Assembly: GCA_965603825.1 (NCBI GenBank)
Contig: CBFDEM010000002.1
Location: forward strand, 186,001 to 250,000
Direction: 5' to 3'
Length of the DNA: 64,000 bases
From: Blepharisma stoltei ATCC 30299
Lineage: Eukaryota; Protista; Ciliophora
The translations under genes were made by a program, and so were the position numbers. Positions 58,931 through 64,000 of the stretch are shown piece after piece; the stretch's first letter is position 1; every line of letters starts with the position of its first letter. Below the pieces are notes generated by a model. That model was not told the DNA's origin. It ran no database searches and was given only the letters and a program-made list of their open reading frames with translations.

Positions 58931-61900
58931 ATGAATCAAACTTTTTCTGAAGGAACACTATTATATATATCAAAATCGCCAGCCCATCAGCAAGCATCCT
59001 CATTAGTCGAAACCCCAAAATCAAAAAATATAATTTACAACTATTTAACAAAAGGTCATACAAAATTTCAACTTAGAAACACCCCTGATTTGAGAAATAT
59101 CCCTGTTTCACAGGTAAAAAGGAAACTAAAGGATCCTAAAGACATTGTAAGAGAAAATATTACAGCAGATATTGATGAGGAAGCAAACATAGTAAGGCAT
59201 CGAACAAACTTGGTTAAGTCTCGTATTAATCATGATATAACCCGACAAAGGCTGAAGTTTTTAAGACCGCCTTCAGAGATGTTTGACCCACCGCTTAATA
59301 CAACAACTATAGAAGGACAAAATTCAATGGATGACCTCCAAAAAGAACTTTATGTCTCAATTGGCACCATAGAGCCAGAGTCTTTATTTAAAATGCCGAC
59401 AGATTTAAAGGAACTGAAAATACAAATCAAGCCTGGAGACCTTTTACTGAATTTAGAAGAGTCAATTGATGCTTTGGAAGTAATGGGAGACGAAGAAATA
59501 CCAAAAGAGTTTATTTTGAATGGAATTTCAAAAAAATCATACAAAAATACTCTTCCTAAACTAGGAGGCCCTTCTAGCAGAAAAGACGTAGAATTGTTAG
59601 GAGAATGGCTTGATACAATGCTGAGGAAAATTTACGAGGATAAAAACCAAAACCCAGCAGAAATGTTTGAAAATACACAAATTGTATACACGATCTGTTT
59701 AAAAGAGCTGATTAGGCAGGTAAGCATGCACTGTATACAGAGAGGAGAACTGATCGAAAGAGTGTGAAAAGTTTATTTTTCTCTTATGCTGAAGGCAATT
59801 AGAATTTACCAAACATCAAAAATCCAATATCATAACAAATCTCTTAATGCCATTAAAAGCAGCCAAAAAAAATTTATCCAAAAAAATAATGACTTGACTG
59901 GGCAGTTGCAATTTCTGCATAATGAGCTTGATGAAGCAAAAAAAGAAATTGAGGACCAAAGGAAAATAATAGAAAAAATGACTTTCAAAGAAAAAAAGTA
60001 CAAAAATAGGATAAAGATATTGCAAGCCCAATATGAGAAAAATAAAGTCAGATTACTGAGGTTGGAAGACACAAATAAAAATTTAAATTATCTTATTGAT
60101 CAAGTCCTTGAAGACTTAGAAACTGAAGCTCCTGGGATTAAAAAAGTGCAATATAAAAATAAAATACGATTCAGAGAGCTAAGCAAGCTGATTTTAAGTG
60201 ATCCACTGCTTCAAGCGCTAGGAGAAATAAAAGAAGAAGAGGTCGGCAAAACTACTACTGACGAAATTGAGCTTGAAAACAAAGTATTCATGCAAGAGCT
60301 TCAAGACAGAATGGAAGAAACTGCTGAAGAAATGAAAGACATTGCAGTCGACACATCCGATTTTTTTACTTTTGTTCCCAAAGATTCTCAAACTGATTAT
60401 GAAGACTTCCCTATCCCGCTCGTAGACATTGACAAAGTCTCACAAAACAACCATTTACTCAAAGAAGCAGAACAACTTCTTATAAGTTTAAACACAGCCG
60501 AAGCAGAAGATTCCCCAGCACAAGCAAATGACTGGTTTCAAGACAAAATAGGCGAAGATTCAGACGAAGAAATAGACGAGTTATTTGACTATGCCAACAA
60601 AAGAGCTGAAAAAGTCATTGAAATTGATGATGATTTTGTGGAATTATTATGAGACGAAACAAGTTTAGAAAAAGCACGAGAATTACTAAAAAATAAATTT
60701 ATCTCAAATCAAGGTGAAACTCAGCAGATATTGAAAAGTGTCATGACGAAATATATGTCTAATCATCAATTTACCAAAAGCCTGCAAGAAACTATGAAAA
60801 AACTGAAAATAAAGCTGTTTCAGAAAATCAAAAGAGAAAGGCAGCTAGAAGAAGAAATAAAAATTCTCCAAAATGCGGAGGATGATACAGATGAGACTCC
60901 AAAAATAATAAGACCTGCAAGGAAACGTAGAAGCACACAGCTGTTGAAAGCACCGCCTCCTAGATTTATGCAGAGGGCAACAAAGGTAAAAGAAGTTGTC
61001 GCGAAAAAGAATACTGAAGCAAAAGAATTTAGCCTTGGCAATAAAGTGGTTTTATTTAAAAAAGATGATCTCTCTCCAGCTACCAAGATATTTGAAAAAA
61101 TTGTCCAGGGCAAGCTAAAAATAAAAGTCACTGTTACCAAAAAGAGCTTAGCCAAGCAGCTTTCTATTATAATTGCAGATTACAGGACTCAAAGCAAAGA
61201 AAGTACAGCTGTTAGAACTCAGGATTTATATTTATTTTTATATGATTATTTTACGACTAAGCATGGACTTAAAGGAGTGGCTGAAAGAAAATTTGTCCAG
61301 CTAGTGATGGCTTGTGAAAGGCATAAAGACAACCCTCATATAAATTTATTTGCAAGATTTCTAGGTATTTTTGATCCTTTAACAATTGAGGATTTCAGGT
61401 TTTATATTGAGGTTTTAGAAGCATTGTATGGGAATAAATTGGGCTCTGATATTATTAATGATATTGAAGAACAAGTCCCGACAGTCAAATGTATTGATAC
61501 GCTATATATAATTTTTTATAATAGACTTGAAGAAAATGAGCTGAATAATATCAAACTTGAGCTTTTAAGTATGGCAAAGCCTTGCCCAAAAGGAATTTAT
61601 CCAGCTGGAGTAATAGAAAGAGCTGATTTTATTTTATTTTTGATTAAAAAATTCCAAGATTTCTTGGCGCTAAGGAGAAATTATGTAGAAGATCTGTTTA
61701 ATGCAGCTGATTTAAATGGAGACGGCTACTTGCAGTTTGCAGAATTTGACTTAGTTTATCGAAATATTGAGTATAGAAATTATGATCTTGCTTCATCTAA
61801 AGAATATTTTGAGTCTTACTCTGACTTGATTGCAGAAGAAGGAGGGAAAAATGCATCAGCCATTTCATATTACAGATTCAGCATTTTATCCCTTGAAAAA

Positions 61901-62365
61901 AGCTTGTTTTTTATTGAAATTCAAGAAGAGTTTTTAAATGTAACTCACGAAAAAGGCATAATTGGCCATCTTGACCAGTTGAGAGGAAATGCAGATTTTA
62001 TAACAAATCAAATGCTTTGGAGACTGAAAAAGTGCAATAAAATTTCTGATGTTTTTGAAGGGATTATTAATACATTGAATTCGAAATTAAAGGAAACTGA
62101 TAAGCCGAGGCCTGTTTATATTGCGTTTAGACTTATGGAAGAAGAAACAAAGAGGCTGTTAATACAGTCAATTGCGAGCTCAATGCTACCTGCTGTATCT
62201 GATTTAATTAACTTGTCAAATGAAGCTCTGAATGATAAACGAAATAAGAAGGAAGAGATGCTTAGTTTAGGCTCTGGGAAATCATTTTCGAAGAAAGACT
62301 ACAGCAATAAGCAGAGTGAAAGAATTAATGAATCAGATGAGGAATGGGAGGAAGATGGTGAATAA
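58931..62365 (+). CDS. Axonemal dynein light chain domain + coiled coil + EF-hand protein (about 1144 aa)
   Basis: PSSRKDV..L..WLD...ELIRQVSMHCIQRGELIERV[TGA]; LFARFLG; EF-hand DLNGDGYLQFAEF; three ORFs joined by TGA. Confidence 0.85.
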
Positions 62366-62683
62366 TTTATATGAAAAGCTCTAAAATACATGTAATGGTT
62401 ATATTATATTAAAATTAATAATTTTAATCAAAAAATTTTGAATTATTGATAACTATAAAAATTTTCTTTAAAATGCTAAGTCTTATGTGAAAGGCGAAAT
62501 AAATGCATATTCACCTTAAGTTCTATGCCAATTGCCAATTTATTATATTTAATATTCAGATATAAATAGAAAGGGATCATTTTCAATACCAGTTAAAACC
62601 ACAAACTTGAGATTAATCCTAAATCTTCTGCTTAATATTATTTTCTCACTCCTTTTTCAATTTAATAATAATAGTTGCATTTG

Positions 62684-64000
62684 ATGCGCACAATGAAAGA
62701 TATTGATCTTCAGTCAGCAGATAACGATCCTCTCCGAGCTCAAATTTTTCCAATCGATACAGAAAGTATTTCAAATGCTCAATCTTCATCTCTTGATTCC
62801 GGACCAGAAGGGTCTCCTCCTACCTCTAACTTCACTTTTCTTTCTGGTGAACGATCAATTCTCTATCACTCCAACCGATCAAGCAATACCAGCTTACAGT
62901 GTATAATTGTTATTAACCCACAATGCGTCATACTAGGCCAAATGTGTGTGACGAATTTTAGGGTAAAAATAATTTAGATTATAATTGAGCCCTTAGAGGC
63001 TTCTTGATGTTACGAAAACAAATACCGTATGGAATATTTCGAAATCCCTTTAATGATGATACAAAGACTCGAAAGGCCTTCTGATAAAAACTATTGCATG
63101 CTCGACATCAGCACAAAAGATGGGAGAAATATTAGGATTGGTGTTACTCATCAAGCCCAGCATGAATTTAACCTTTTTACTGTGCTGTATTCGTACACCT
63201 TTCCACAAACGCTTGTCAGTAGGTTCGCTTTTCTGCATAGAGACAATGGACCGGAAGATGGGTGGAAAATTTATAATTTTGTGAATGACTTTGCAAGAAT
63301 TGGGATAAATCCGTCAAAGCCGGAATCTAAGTGAGCGTTTTTGGATAACTCGAACTGGGAATATTGTGAAACTTATCCACAGACTGTTGTAGTGCCGAAA
63401 GAGCTGAGTAGTAATGATATTAAAGCATCCGCGAATTTCAGAAGCAAAAATAGGTTTCCAGCATTAGCGTGGGCAAATTCTAGAAATGGGGCTACACTAT
63501 GACGATGTAGCCAGCCGAAGACTGGGATAAGGACTTCAATTTCAAGGTGCTTAGAAGATGAAGTTTTCTTAAGAATAATTTCAAAAAGCTCTGCCAGAGG
63601 ACAAGGCCTACACATCTTTGATGCTCGGCCATATATGAACGCTCATGCTCAAAGAGCGATAGGTGGAGGTGTCGAAAACACGTCATACTATGAAGCTACA
63701 GAACTGCATTTCTTAGGAATTGATAACATACACATTATAAGGGAAAGTTGGCATGGAGCTTTAAATTCAAACTCAGTTAACCCATTTAAATATTTATCAG
63801 CGTTTGAAAAATCTGGATGATTAGAGCACATTTCTTTGCTTTTGCAAGGCTCAACTGCTATTACAGAAAGCCTTCAAAATGGGACATCAGCCCTTATACA
63901 CTGCAGCGATGGCTGGGATAGGACTTCTCAGCTATGTTCAATAGTTCAGATATTGCAGGATCCTCATTACCGGACCATACGAGGGTTTGCACAGGTCATT
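62684..64000 (+). CDS. Myotubularin-family phosphoinositide 3-phosphatase (3' truncated by window); intron 62963-62977
   Basis: GRAM-like N-terminus; CETYP, FRSKNRFP, RCSQP, DARP, GGGVEN, catalytic IHCSDGWDRT; start 62684 or 62693. Confidence 0.93.
62963..62977 (+). other. 15-nt intron
   Basis: gtaaaaataatttag; removes in-frame TAG. Confidence 0.88.

Noticed and set aside
1-64000. Telomeric repeats, IES or transposon remnants, tRNA/rRNA genes, CRISPR arrays
   Set aside because: No CCCTAACA-type arrays, terminal inverted repeats, transposase motifs, cloverleaf or repeat-spacer patterns seen by eye; tRNAscan-SE and Infernal would be needed to exclude small RNAs

Overview
Gene-dense, AT-rich eukaryotic DNA that looks like a somatic (macronuclear) chromosome of a heterotrich ciliate, most likely Blepharisma. 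Two signatures support this. In-frame TGA sits at conserved Trp positions while TAA/TAG terminate genes. Genes also carry 15-nt GT-AG introns with an invariant A at position 10. Re-reading the supplied ORF track with UGA=Trp and these introns gives about 37 intact genes. They include a 2221-aa Ser/Thr-rich GPI-type surface protein, an HMG-box/3-methyladenine DNA glycosylase fusion head-to-head with a RING/tandem-WWE ligase, and a TPR-cNMP protein. Also present are a CCT-domain gene missed by the ORF track, a sorting nexin, a START protein, two divergent alpha-tubulins, CDPK, WD40, Unkempt-like and TTP-like CCCH proteins, PDIA6-like, SRPK, ankyrin and NEK genes. The right part holds a cathepsin-L-like protein with a silicatein-type Ser-Tyr active site, VAP, LETM1, Rab8, RPL35A/RPL12, a dead NIF phosphatase, an axonemal dynein light chain domain protein and a myotubularin cut by the window edge. 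The 22.0-30.9 kb region is a nested tandem-duplication and decay zone containing tubulin fragments, four remnants of a secreted lectin-like gene, and a VIT-VWA gene with two TAA stops. No rRNA, tRNA, CRISPR array, telomere repeat or recognisable transposon was seen. All calls come from manual reading and motif recognition; no database searches were run.
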